Positions 1 through 9,426 of a stretch of DNA of 45,475 nt are shown here, piece after piece. The position numbers and the translations under genes are program-made. A model generated the notes under the pieces. That model ran no database searches. It saw only the letters and a program-made list of their open reading frames with translations, and had not been told where the DNA came from. This stretch comes from Polyangiales bacterium. GTDB taxonomy: Bacteria > Myxococcota_A > Polyangia > Polyangiales > Polyangiaceae. How positions within the stretch are numbered: position 1 is the first letter of the stretch; each line of letters opens with the position of its first letter. The DNA lies in assembly GCA_038230375.1 (NCBI GenBank), contig JBBRNJ010000074.1, positions 1 through 45,475 of the forward strand, given 5' to 3'.

Positions 1-1
1 C

Positions 2-841
2 GGCGGCGGCGGCGGCATGTGGGGCGGTCGCCAGAGCAACAAGGAGAATGGCTCGACCTGCGATCACAACAAGGACGGTAACCAGGGAGCGGACGGCGAG
101 TACGGTCGGCCAGACGGCCAGGACGGCGCGCCCGGCAGTGTCTCGGTCGTGCGAGAGCCGGCGGACAAGATGTTCCCGGGTGGCGTGAAGATCGGCTCGC
201 TGCAGGTGGGCAAGCGCGAGCGACCGCCTCCTCCTGCGGGCGCACCGAAGAAGCCACCGACGAGCGGACTGGCTGCGGCCGGGCTCGGAGGCGGGGCTCC
301 TGCGCCTGCCAGTAGCGGCGGTGCGGCGCCGCCCGGTCCACCGTCGCAGCGTGCGCCCACCGCGCCGAACAACCGGGATGCGCAGCCTGCTCTCGTGCCG
401 CCGTCGCCTCTCGCGGCCACCATCGGCACGGGCACCTTCGCGGTCGCGCCGATGAAGGTCGTGAACGAGCAGGGCCAAGGGATCCTCGAGGTGCGTGCGG
501 ACGGCTCGCTCTGGCTGCTCAGTCCGAAGACAGTGAAGGTCGGTGAGGTCCACGGCGGCGTGCTCGGGCTCATCGACGGCACGGCGCTCTCGATCTCCAA
601 GGAAGGCACGCTCTTCAGCACCACGCCCTCTTCGAAGAAGGCAGAGCCGGGCGGCACCATCGACGCAAGCGGCGTCGTGAAGGACAAGACCATGGGCGTG
701 ATTCACATCGACCCCAGCGGCGCCATCACCGCGGATCGCACCCGCTCGCGTGCGAAGCTCCGGTTCGCGAAGCCCGTGCCTGCGAACGCGAAGGCGCTCG
801 CCGGAGTCGTCGGCGGAATGGCGATCGCGCTCTCGAAGTGA
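2..841 (+). CDS. Hypothetical protein, 5'-partial; Gly-rich/collagen-like and Pro-rich linker followed by a beta-rich C-terminal domain
   Basis: Frame is open from the window edge (GGC repeats before ATG 17); GNQGADGEYGRPDGQDGAPG segment; GC3-rich codons. Confidence 0.65.
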   Translation, partial: GGGGGMWGGRQSNKENGSTCDHNKDGNQGADGEYGRPDGQDGAPGSVSVVREPADKMFPGGVKIGSLQVGKRERPPPPAGAPKKPPTSGLAAAGLGGGAPAPASSGGAAPPGPPSQRAPTAPNNRDAQPALVPPSPLAATIGTGTFAVAPMKVVNEQGQGILEVRADGSLWLLSPKTVKVGEVHGGVLGLIDGTALSISKEGTLFSTTPSSKKAEPGGTIDASGVVKDKTMGVIHIDPSGAITADRTRSRAKLRFAKPVPANAKALAGVVGGMAIALSK

Positions 842-889
842 CCTCGCGCTGGATGCCCGTGGTGCTAGTTCTCTTGCGGGAAGCAAGGA

Positions 890-1684
890 ATGGCGCCGAC
901 GTTCGAGCTCTTCGTGTGTGGCATGTTCGGGCTGGTCGCTGGCTCGCTCTCCGGCTTCCTCGGAATCGGTGGCGGCGCGGTGCTGGCTCCGCTCCTGGTG
1001 GTCACGCTCGGAATCGAACAGCATCGCGCACAGGGCATCTCGCTCGCTGCGCTTCTGCCGCCCGTCGGTCTGCCGGCGGTGCTGGCATACAAGAAGAGCG
1101 GCGTGCGCATCCTCGTGCCGCTCGTCGTCGCGCTCGCATGTAGCTTCGCGGTGGGGGCCTTCGCTGGTGCGTGGCTCGTGCACCGCATTCCGTCACGTGA
1201 GCTCCGCTGGTCGTTCGCGGCGTTTCTCGTGCTCGCTGCCTTCAATGCGGCGTTCTCGCGCGCGCCCGACGTCGCAGCGCCGAGCTCCCCGGGACCTGCG
1301 CACGTGAGCTTGGCGGACACGCCGTCCCCGTGGCTCGGGCTACCGATCGGCCTTGCGGCAGGAGCGATGTCCGGCCTGCTGGGCATTGGCGGTGGGCTCG
1401 TGGCCATGCCACTGCTTCGCAAGGCTGCGCGCCTCACGCGGCTTTCGGCGACCGCAACGACGCTCGCCATGATGCTTCCGCCCATCGGCCTGCCTGCGGT
1501 CCTTGTCTACGCAAAGGAGCAGGGCGGGCTGCCGTGGCCGATGCTCGGCGCGGTGATGCTAGGGTTCGCCGTGGGCGGAGGGCTTGGCGCGCGCCTGTCG
1601 GGCCGCGTGAACGAGCGGCTTGCGACCTACGTCTATGCGGGCTTCATCGCGCTCATGGCGATCGTGCTGGTCGCGCGCGGGTGA
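890..1684 (+). CDS. TauE/SafE (TSUP) family membrane transporter
   Basis: Two homologous hydrophobic halves, each with GxxSGxLGIGGG and LPP(V/I)GLPAVLxY; AAGGA RBS upstream. Confidence 0.9.
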   Translation: MAPTFELFVCGMFGLVAGSLSGFLGIGGGAVLAPLLVVTLGIEQHRAQGISLAALLPPVGLPAVLAYKKSGVRILVPLVVALACSFAVGAFAGAWLVHRIPSRELRWSFAAFLVLAAFNAAFSRAPDVAAPSSPGPAHVSLADTPSPWLGLPIGLAAGAMSGLLGIGGGLVAMPLLRKAARLTRLSATATTLAMMLPPIGLPAVLVYAKEQGGLPWPMLGAVMLGFAVGGGLGARLSGRVNERLATYVYAGFIALMAIVLVARG

Positions 1685-1706
1685 GCTTCTTTTTTGGCGA
1701 TGGCAT

Positions 1707-1745
1707 TCGGAAGATTTCCAAACGGGGACTCGGAAGATCTCCCAA
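1707..1745 (+). promoter_or_regulatory. Tandem enhancer-like (UAS) boxes
   Basis: TCGGAAGATTTCCAA (1707-1721) and TCGGAAGATCTCCCAA (1730-1745), near-palindromic, upstream of a -24/-12 element. Confidence 0.55.
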
Positions 1746-1785
1746 TCCCGCGTAATGGAGGAGCAGGAACCAGGTCTTTCATGGG

Positions 1786-1801
1786 TGGAATGCGCCTTGC
1801 T
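1786..1801 (+). promoter_or_regulatory. sigma54 (-24/-12) promoter of the two-component operon
   Basis: TGGAATGCGCCTTGCT, i.e. GG-N10-GC with TTGC. Confidence 0.6.
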
Positions 1802-1813
1802 GTTCGCTCTGCG

Positions 1814-3130
1814 ATGAGACGTCCCGCGTGGATCATCGCGTTCATGCTGGGCGCGATCAGCGTGGTGAGCGTGGCCGCCTACTGGGACGAGGAGCGCGAG
1901 AGCACGGCTGCGCTCGACGACTTCGCGCAGGCGCAGTTCACGCTCGCGAGGAGCCTGTCGGAGATGACGTCCTCACTCGATGCCGATGCGCGGATGCGGC
2001 TCGCACGCGTGGAGGAGCCCGGCAACGTTGTGGTCCTCCTTTCGGCAGGTGGCGGGCTCACGCGGCCGAGCGGTCAGGCGGTGAGCTCCTCGCCCATCGA
2101 GCGTGCCCTCGCTGCGCACGAGCCATTCGCGCGCCTGTCACGGCCGGAGGCCGCGGCGCTTGGGTTGCCCGCGCGGACGGCGCTGGCAGGTATTGCGCGT
2201 GGCTCGGCCGGTGAAGCGCGCGGCTTCGACCTGGTGATCGTGGCCTCTGCGCTCCGCGAGCGAGATCGCGAGATTCGCGCCTCCACGCGGCTCGTGCTCG
2301 CGCTGCTTTCATCCACGGTGCTGGTGGTCGCGTTCGGCGGGCTGGCGCTCTGGAGGCAGCGCGCAGAGCTGCGGCTCGCGCGTGATCTGGCGGTGGCGGA
2401 TGCGCTGCATGTTTCCGACGAACGTCTGATGCGCGCCGATCGCCTCGCCACGCTCGGTGCGCTGGCCACCGGGATCGCGCACGAGGTCAGCACGCCGCTC
2501 GGTGTCATCGTCGGCCGCGCGGAGCAGCTGTCGCGCAAGGTCCAGGGTGACGAGCGCTCGGAGCGTGCGGCGACCGTGATCGCAGAGCAAGCGGATCGCA
2601 TCGGCAAGATCGTGCGCGGCTTCCTTGGTCTCGTGCGTGGTGAGAGCGGCCTTCGCGAGCGTGCTCTCTCCGCCGACATCGCTCGCGACGCGCAGGACCT
2701 GTGCGCGCACCGCTTCGAGCATGCCGGCGTCACGCTGCAATCCGACGTCCCGGCAGATGCGCCGCGCGTTTTCTGTGAACCAAAGCTGTTCACGCAGGTG
2801 CTCGTGAACCTTCTCCTGAATGCGTGTGATGCGTGTGATGCTCGTGGCGCCGTCACTCTCGGCGTGTCCTCGGGCGAGGGGCGTGTGAGGTTCACGGTGA
2901 CGGACAATGGGCACGGCATCACGGCGGAGGACTCGGCGCGCGCCATGGAGCCGTTCTTCACGACGAAGCCGCCGGGGAAGGGCACGGGGCTGGGGCTGGC
3001 TATTGCGTCCGAGATCGTCTCCCATCACAACGGAACGCTGACGCTGGCGCCGCGCACCGACGGCGTACGTGGCACGGTCGCGCGGGTCGAGATCGCGGAA
3101 GCAGGGAAGGAGAGCGATGACGAAGGTTGA
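1814..3130 (+). CDS. Membrane sensor histidine kinase (NtrB-like)
   Basis: Two TM segments, H-box AHEVSTPLG, N-box NLLLNACDA, DNGHG, PFFTTK, GTGLGL; start placed at ATG 1814. Confidence 0.93.
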   Translation: MRRPAWIIAFMLGAISVVSVAAYWDEERESTAALDDFAQAQFTLARSLSEMTSSLDADARMRLARVEEPGNVVVLLSAGGGLTRPSGQAVSSSPIERALAAHEPFARLSRPEAAALGLPARTALAGIARGSAGEARGFDLVIVASALRERDREIRASTRLVLALLSSTVLVVAFGGLALWRQRAELRLARDLAVADALHVSDERLMRADRLATLGALATGIAHEVSTPLGVIVGRAEQLSRKVQGDERSERAATVIAEQADRIGKIVRGFLGLVRGESGLRERALSADIARDAQDLCAHRFEHAGVTLQSDVPADAPRVFCEPKLFTQVLVNLLLNACDACDARGAVTLGVSSGEGRVRFTVTDNGHGITAEDSARAMEPFFTTKPPGKGTGLGLAIASEIVSHHNGTLTLAPRTDGVRGTVARVEIAEAGKESDDEG

Positions 3131-4472
3131 GAAGAAGGGCCGCGTGCTCATCGTCGACGACGACCAGGCGCTCGTGGAGACGCTCTCCGAGGGCCTCATC
3201 GATCTCCAGTTCGACGTGACGGGTGTGAGCTCCAGCAAGCGGGCGGTGGCGCTGCTCGATGACGACTACGACGTGGTCGTGACGGACCTTCGCATGCCGC
3301 AGCTGGATGGCATTGGCATTCTCGCCGCCTCCAGGCGCGCCGCTCCGGACCGACCGGTGATCGTGATGACGGCATACAGCGCGGTGGACTCCGCCGTTGC
3401 TTCGATGAAGCAGGGGGCCCACCACTACATCACGAAGCCGTTTCGCGTGGACGAGCTCGCGCTGTTCCTTGCCCGCGCGATCGAGGAGTACCGTCTGCGG
3501 CGCGAAGCACGCGCATTACGCCGTGCCGTGCGCGATTCGTCCGCCCTCTCCAACGTCATCGGCGATGCGCCGGCGATGCGCGACCTGCGCGACCTTGTGC
3601 GACGCCTGGCTGATGCGGACGCGCCAGTGCTGATCACGGGCGAGACCGGCACTGGGAAGGGGCTGGTCGCGCGCGCTCTGCACGCAGAGGGCAGCCGCGC
3701 AGGCGCGCCTTTTGTGACGGTGAACTGCGCTGCGCTCCCGGAGAACCTGCTGGAGAGCGAGCTGTTCGGTCACACGAAGGGCGCGTTCACGGGCGCCGCC
3801 CACGACCGTCGCGGGCTACTGGCCGAGGCCGAGGGCGGCACTGTGTTCCTGGACGAGATCGGCGAGCTCGCGCCAGCCCTGCAAGCGAAGCTCCTGGACG
3901 TGCTCGAGCGGCGCATGGTGCGTTCGCTCGGCTCGGACACGGAGCGTGCGATCGACGTGCGCGTGGTGACGGCGACCCACCGTGATCTTGCAGCGCGCGT
4001 GAAGGCCGGCACGTTCCGCGGCGACCTGCTCTTCAGGCTCGATGTCGTGAGGCTCGAGATCCCGGCGCTGCGCCACCGAACGGGCGATCTCCCGCAGCTG
4101 GCAGAGCATTTTCTTGCGCGCGCGAAGGCGAAGCACGCGCGCTCGCCCGTGGAGACCTTTGCCCCCGATGCGATGGAGGCCATGGCGCGGTACGCGTGGC
4201 CCGGCAACGTACGCGAGCTCGAACACGTGATCGAGCGCGCCGTGCTGCTCACCACGTCGCCGAAGATCACTGCGTCCGACTTGCCGCGCACGCTGACCGG
4301 CGAGCCGCAGGCGCCCTTCGCGTTCTCCGGTGACGTGCTGCCGCTGGAGGCGATGCAGCAGCGGTACGCCGCATGGGCGCTCGAGCAGCTAGGGGGCCGA
4401 CGTATGGCAACGGCGGAGGCGCTGGACATCGATCCAAAGACCCTGGCCCGGCTCCTCTCGACGCGCGAGTGA
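3117..4472 (+). CDS. sigma54-dependent response regulator (NtrC/AtoC family)
   Basis: Receiver domain (LIVDDD, TDLRMP, KPF), [29 protein letters not shown]-terminal HTH; overlaps the kinase stop. Confidence 0.95.
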   Translation: MTKVEKKGRVLIVDDDQALVETLSEGLIDLQFDVTGVSSSKRAVALLDDDYDVVVTDLRMPQLDGIGILAASRRAAPDRPVIVMTAYSAVDSAVASMKQGAHHYITKPFRVDELALFLARAIEEYRLRREARALRRAVRDSSALSNVIGDAPAMRDLRDLVRRLADADAPVLITGETGTGKGLVARALHAEGSRAGAPFVTVNCAALPENLLESELFGHTKGAFTGAAHDRRGLLAEAEGGTVFLDEIGELAPALQAKLLDVLERRMVRSLGSDTERAIDVRVVTATHRDLAARVKAGTFRGDLLFRLDVVRLEIPALRHRTGDLPQLAEHFLARAKAKHARSPVETFAPDAMEAMARYAWPGNVRELEHVIERAVLLTTSPKITASDLPRTLTGEPQAPFAFSGDVLPLEAMQQRYAAWALEQLGGRRMATAEALDIDPKTLARLLSTRE

Positions 4473-4529
4473 ATCGAGTGAATGGCCCCGAGTGAACGGC
4501 GGGCCGAGTGAACGGCGGGCCGAGTGAAT
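4466..4529 (+). repeat. Five copies of CGAGTGAAY in a convergent intergenic gap
   Basis: Copies start at 4466, 4475, 4489, 4505 and 4521; the last three have a 16-bp period. Confidence 0.8.
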
Positions 4530-4537
4530 GGCCGGAA

Positions 4538-5596
4538 TTACTTGCAGTATGCAGGTGGATTCGGCGCGAGCAGCATGTAGAACGGATGCGTGCCGCTGAC
4601 GGGGCCGAGCATCTTGTCGACATTGCCCTTGATCGTGTTCACGTAGTTGTACGCGCCGGCGTTGGATGTCTTGAGCGCCAGGAGCTGGGCGTCACTCGCG
4701 ACCTGCACGCCCTTGCCGCCCTCGTCTCCGAGCAGGTGTGACATGAGGCCGGTGACGATGTCCGCGCCCGTGCCGCCGCCTGCGCAGTACTCGTTGGTGT
4801 ACGTGACCTTGCTAGCGCGTCCGTTGCCGGTCGCGTTCTCGTAGTAGTACCAGGCGCCCATTCCCACGTTGCAGGCGACGTTCGTCATGACTGACATGTT
4901 TGCCGTGGGCCCAGTCACCGCCCAGTAGACCTGGTCGTTGGAGGCGGCGGCGAGCACCGTGGCAGGGAGGGGGCAGCCGACGCACGCGAGGCGTTTCGCG
5001 GCGCCGAGCGTCGCCATCTCGTGGACGGTGGAGCTGAAGCGAATCTGGAGGAGGCCGACTGTCGGATCGTTCGCGGTCATGCCGGAGACCTGGCGCGTGG
5101 CGTAGGAGTCCTTCACCGCGACATTCTGCATGTAGCCGGACTCCGTACCGATGGAGGCCGCGAGGTGCGCCCAGCAGTAGTTCGGCTTCCAGCCAGCAGT
5201 GGCCTTCGGGGTGCCAAACATCTCGCAGCTCCTGAGGATGGCGTCGACGACCGAAGCGCGCAGCGCGCCCGCGGGCGGCGCGTTGGAGAGCTTGCCGATG
5301 TACCCATCAACCGTGGCCGCTGCTGCAGGATCTGCGGCCGACGCGCCACAGGTGAGGACGCCGCCATCCGGGAGCACGACGACGCCGCCGCCGTCGGGAT
5401 CGAATGGCGAGCCACTGTCAGGGTTGCCTCCACCCCCACCGCCCTCACCGCCACCGCCACCACCACCTTCTGTGGTGGAGGGTCCGCCGTCGCCGTCGGT
5501 GGCGTTCGCGCTCTCATCACCGCCGCAGCCGTTCGCGAGGCCCATGAAGGCGACCCCCAGCGTCAGGAGGAGAAGTGGTGCTGCAAGCGATCTCAT
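4538..5596 (-). CDS. Lipoprotein with a lysozyme-like/lytic transglycosylase (SLT-like) domain
   Basis: Lipobox-like LANGC, Gly linker, then IGTESGY, VGLLQI and CNVGMGAWYY, matching SLT motifs I-III. Confidence 0.6.
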   Translation of the reverse strand: MRSLAAPLLLLTLGVAFMGLANGCGGDESANATDGDGGPSTTEGGGGGGGEGGGGGGNPDSGSPFDPDGGGVVVLPDGGVLTCGASAADPAAAATVDGYIGKLSNAPPAGALRASVVDAILRSCEMFGTPKATAGWKPNYCWAHLAASIGTESGYMQNVAVKDSYATRQVSGMTANDPTVGLLQIRFSSTVHEMATLGAAKRLACVGCPLPATVLAAASNDQVYWAVTGPTANMSVMTNVACNVGMGAWYYYENATGNGRASKVTYTNEYCAGGGTGADIVTGLMSHLLGDEGGKGVQVASDAQLLALKTSNAGAYNYVNTIKGNVDKMLGPVSGTHPFYMLLAPNPPAYCK

Positions 5597-5637
5597 GCCC
5601 CCCATTCGAGCACAACTCGACGCACGTGCCAGCCGTT

Positions 5638-6981
5638 TTACAGGGACTGCTCGTCACCCGTTTCGGGGACACGCTCTTCGCTGGGCGTCGGCATGTCGTC
5701 GGCACTGGGCATGCGCTCCGGGATCGACGTCTCCTCAGGTTGTCCTTGACCCACGATTCCGTGGGCGGGCGGGGACGTCGTGGGCGCGGCGGCGGTGCCC
5801 GTCTCGTTGCCAGCGGCCTTCGCCGCGTTGGCGCCGCGGGTGACGCGATCGAGAAGGTCTCCCTCGAAGCGAACGAGCTCCGCGACCGGAACGGCCACCA
5901 CTGCACCAGCGGGACAGCTGGAGGTCTTGGACGCCGCAACTGTTGCGTCAGCCCAGGCCTGGCCGCTGGGCACTGGTGAGGACGTGCGCAACAGGTCCGC
6001 ATGCGTGATGTTGCATGTGCCGCCGTTGGTACGGTCCGTGACCGACACCGGATGCGACACGACGAACACGTGATGCTGTGCACCGAGCGCCCGGGCGACG
6101 CGCGGATCGTTCACCACGAGCGTGTTGCCAGGAGCGGCGGATGCGGCCACGTCGGGCGTGGGCTCGGCGATGTACTGCTCGATCTGTTGACGAAGCTCCT
6201 CGCGGACGTCCGTTGGGAGCACAGGGCTCTCGTGCGGGACCATCGCGTACCCGCCGGAGTTTTCGTACGCAAGCATGCGCGCTTCCTCCATGGCGAGGTA
6301 GTCGAGCATGACCCAGTCGGTGACCCAGTAACCCACGCCCCAGTACGTGGGGTACGGCGTGTAGTAGCCGCCCCAGTACACCGGGACACGCCAGCCGTAT
6401 TGCGGACCCCACCAGACACCGCGCCCGTAGTAGCCGCGGCGACCAACGAACACCGGCACGCGACCGCCCGCCGCGTAGTAGCCGCGACCACCGCCGATGT
6501 AGCCGTTACGGCCGCCGCCTGCGATGACGGGCCCGCCGTGCGAGACCGAGCGACCGTAGACGTGCGCACCGGACGTGGTGGCGACGCCAGCATTGCTGCG
6601 GCCATACACCGTGCCACCACTGTGCGATGGGGCGTAGTGCGTTCCGCCGGACGAGTACGAGGAGTGCGGCGCGGCGTAGTGGGTGCCCGAGGAGCCGGAC
6701 GAATGACCATACGAAGGTGACGAAGAGTAGTGCGGCGCCGAGTACGAGTGGCTGGAGGAGCCACCACCACCGCCACCACCGCCACCACCGCCACCAGAAG
6801 AGTGCGAGCCATAGGAGCCGGAGGAGTGAGAGGAAGAGAACCCACCGGAGCTATGGCCGCCGCTCGAGTGACCGCCACCGCCGCCGCGGCTTCCACCGCC
6901 GCGCGCAACTGCCGGTGAGATCACGAGCAACAGGGCTGTCGCGACCAGAGCCGCTGAACTTTTTGCACCGACTGCACCCAT
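5638..6981 (-). CDS. Secreted hypothetical protein with a G/S/H/Y-rich low-complexity N-terminal half
   Basis: Signal peptide (SPAVA-R), long GGHSSG/HYA/YWG tract, globular C-terminal domain; GAGGA upstream of ATG 6981. Confidence 0.7.
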   Translation of the reverse strand: MGAVGAKSSAALVATALLLVISPAVARGGGSRGGGGGHSSGGHSSGGFSSSHSSGSYGSHSSGGGGGGGGGGGGSSSHSYSAPHYSSSPSYGHSSGSSGTHYAAPHSSYSSGGTHYAPSHSGGTVYGRSNAGVATTSGAHVYGRSVSHGGPVIAGGGRNGYIGGGRGYYAAGGRVPVFVGRRGYYGRGVWWGPQYGWRVPVYWGGYYTPYPTYWGVGYWVTDWVMLDYLAMEEARMLAYENSGGYAMVPHESPVLPTDVREELRQQIEQYIAEPTPDVAASAAPGNTLVVNDPRVARALGAQHHVFVVSHPVSVTDRTNGGTCNITHADLLRTSSPVPSGQAWADATVAASKTSSCPAGAVVAVPVAELVRFEGDLLDRVTRGANAAKAAGNETGTAAAPTTSPPAHGIVGQGQPEETSIPERMPSADDMPTPSEERVPETGDEQSL

Positions 6982-7087
6982 GACCGTGTCCTCGCTTCCG
7001 TACTTGAAACATACGCCACCTGGCGCGCATTGCAGGCTATTTACGCATTGCTTCGAATTCACGAACCAGCAATCTAAGGTGCTGCGC

Positions 7088-8065
7088 ATGCAGACGCCGC
7101 TCACACGTCTCCTCGGCATTCGTGCGCCGATCCTCGTCGGGCCCATGACCGCGGTCTCCGACGAGAACCTGGTCGTTGCTGCCGCGGAGGCGGGCATCGT
7201 CGCGGGTCTGCCGCCGCACAACTACGAGAGCGTGGACGCGTTTGCCGCAGCGCTCGGCCGCATCCGCGCGCGCACGTCCGGTCCGTTCGCGGTCAACCTC
7301 ATCGTGAACCGCGCGAACCTGCGCCTGTCGCGTCAGCTCGAGGCGGCGCTGGATGCGAAGACGCCCATCTTCGTCGCGTCCCTCGGCGACCCAGAGGAGG
7401 TGATCCGCCGCGCCCATGCAGCGAACGCGAAGGTCATCTGCGACGTCTCCACGGTTGCCCATGGCGAGCGCGCTGTCCGGGCCGGTGCCGACGCGCTCAA
7501 CGCGGTGGTGGCAGGTGCGGGCGGGCACGCGGGGCACATCACTGCCTTCGCCCTCGTGCCGAGCCTCACCGATCGCGTCAAGGTGCCCGTGGTCTGTGCG
7601 GGCGGCGTGGCCGACGGGCGCGGGCTCGCAGCGGCGTTGATGCTCGGCGCGAGCGGCGTGCAGATGGGGACGCGGTTCATCGCATCGGACGAGTGCGCGG
7701 CCGTGCAGGGCTGGAAGGATGCGATCGTACGCGCGACGCCGGATGATCTGGTCCTCACCGAGCGCCTCTCGGGCGTGATGGGCAGCTACCTCAAGACCAA
7801 GGAGCTCGAGCGCATGGGCACGGCGATGCCGCTTCCTCTCGCGCTCCTGATGCGGAGCAAGCGCACGCGCGGGCTCACCCAGAAGGCGATGCTGGTGCTC
7901 GCGTCGCGGAAGATGTCCGAGATCCGGAAGGGTGAGCGCGCGCTGTGGAGCGCGGGCCAGAGCGCTGGCCTCGTGCACGACACACTGCCGCTCGCGACGA
8001 TCGTGGAGCGCGTGATGCGTGAGTGCCACGACACGCTGGCAAAGGTTGAGGCACTCCGTCGCTGA
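7088..8065 (+). CDS. Nitronate monooxygenase / FabK-like FMN-dependent oxidoreductase
   Basis: PFAVNL, AGGHAG, AGGVADGRG, GVQMGTRF and WSAGQ motifs. Confidence 0.88.
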   Translation: MQTPLTRLLGIRAPILVGPMTAVSDENLVVAAAEAGIVAGLPPHNYESVDAFAAALGRIRARTSGPFAVNLIVNRANLRLSRQLEAALDAKTPIFVASLGDPEEVIRRAHAANAKVICDVSTVAHGERAVRAGADALNAVVAGAGGHAGHITAFALVPSLTDRVKVPVVCAGGVADGRGLAAALMLGASGVQMGTRFIASDECAAVQGWKDAIVRATPDDLVLTERLSGVMGSYLKTKELERMGTAMPLPLALLMRSKRTRGLTQKAMLVLASRKMSEIRKGERALWSAGQSAGLVHDTLPLATIVERVMRECHDTLAKVEALRR

Positions 8066-8097
8066 AGCTGGTAGCATTTCGCACGAGGTCCCTCGCG

Positions 8098-9426
8098 TTG
8101 AAGGTTCTCGTGAAGTGCAGGTGGGCACGGGTCGGTGCGCTGGCGTGCGGAGCGTTCGTCGCCTCCACAGGCGTGTACGTGGCCGCCTGCGATAGCGGGT
8201 ACGTCACGCCAGCAACGGCCTCAGAGGCGGGCCTCGAAGGTGGGCCCGACCCCGCCCCGATCGCCGAGGGCGGAGCGACCTACTTGCCGCTCGACGACAA
8301 GTCCGCCTGGACGCTGGCCGCGTTCTCGGCCGTGGGTATGGCGTCGTCGTTCGGCGGTACGTTCGACGGTCGATATGTGTATTATGCAAGTAGTGACGGC
8401 ACGCTCCGCCGGTACGACACACATGGGCCGTTCGGCGTGGCCACCTCGTGGCAGAGCGCCCCCACGCCGGAGTCGACGGTGCCGTGGGTCTTCGTAGGCG
8501 CGGCGTTCGACGGGCGATACGTCACGTATGGAACGTCCATGCGCAACGGTGGGGCGTCCGGTGTCGTTCATCGCTATGACACGCAGGGAAGCTTTGACGA
8601 CGGCGGCGCGATCGAACGGTTCGACACCAGTGCGTCGCGTGGTGGCCTCCAGTTCTTCGGCGTGAGCCGGACGCCCCAGTACCTGTACCTGCCCACCAAG
8701 GCCTCGCCCAACGTGCTCACGCGGTTCCGCATTGGCGCCCCGTTCGACGCCGGGTTCGAGTACCCGCCGGTCCAGAGCGACGCCTCCGTGGATCGCACGG
8801 GCGGCGTTGCCGGCGCCACCGGCTACTACTTTGCGACAGTCACGGGTCTCGTGGAGCGCGTGAACGAGGCGTCCGGCGAGATCGACGGATACGACTTCTC
8901 CAAGGCCGAGGGCGGCATGCCCCGCGCCAAGGGATACGTGGGCGCAGCGTTCGACGGCACGTACGTGTACTTCGCCCCCGAAGGCGGCACCAACAAGCAC
9001 GGTGTGGCGCTTCGGTTCGACACGCGGAAGTCCATCGGCGACAACACGGGTTGGTCCACGTTCGACATGCAGACGGCGTGGCTGGACGCGAAGGGATTCG
9101 CCGGCGCCGCGTTCGATGGCCGCTACGTGTATTTCATCCCGTACGAGCGCGCGCCCATGGTGGCCGACCCGACGATGTCCGGAAACCCCACACCGGCCGT
9201 CTTGAACAGCCGCCTTGTCCGGTACGACATCACGCAGAGCTTCACTGCCGCGACCAGCTGGGACAGCTTCGACCTCACGCAGCTCGCGCCCGGCCTGGGC
9301 GGTTACGTAGGTGCGGTGTTCGACGGCGAGTACCTCTATCTGGTGCCGGCGGAGTCCACGACGCTTCTGCGCTTCCACGCGCGTACCCCGCCGGGCCTTC
9401 CGGCGCAGTATCCAGGTACGCCGTAG
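8098..9426 (+). CDS. Lipoprotein with repeated GAxFDGRYVY beta-propeller blades
   Basis: VAAC lipobox; five clear FDG(R/T/E)Y(V/L)(Y/T) repeats, most followed by R(Y/F)D; exact start uncertain. Confidence 0.75.
   Translation: MKVLVKCRWARVGALACGAFVASTGVYVAACDSGYVTPATASEAGLEGGPDPAPIAEGGATYLPLDDKSAWTLAAFSAVGMASSFGGTFDGRYVYYASSDGTLRRYDTHGPFGVATSWQSAPTPESTVPWVFVGAAFDGRYVTYGTSMRNGGASGVVHRYDTQGSFDDGGAIERFDTSASRGGLQFFGVSRTPQYLYLPTKASPNVLTRFRIGAPFDAGFEYPPVQSDASVDRTGGVAGATGYYFATVTGLVERVNEASGEIDGYDFSKAEGGMPRAKGYVGAAFDGTYVYFAPEGGTNKHGVALRFDTRKSIGDNTGWSTFDMQTAWLDAKGFAGAAFDGRYVYFIPYERAPMVADPTMSGNPTPAVLNSRLVRYDITQSFTAATSWDSFDLTQLAPGLGGYVGAVFDGEYLYLVPAESTTLLRFHARTPPGLPAQYPGTP

Noticed and set aside
4466..4529. 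Possible mini-CRISPR
   Set aside because: 9-bp units with 0-7 bp spacers, two of them identical; no cas genes
5616..5631. sigma54-like TGGCACGTGCGTCGAG on the minus strand
   Set aside because: Good -24 element but -12 is GA rather than GC; not called
7047..7073. ATTGCT-N15-AGCAAT inverted repeat between divergent genes
   Set aside because: Single short instance with no cognate regulator nearby
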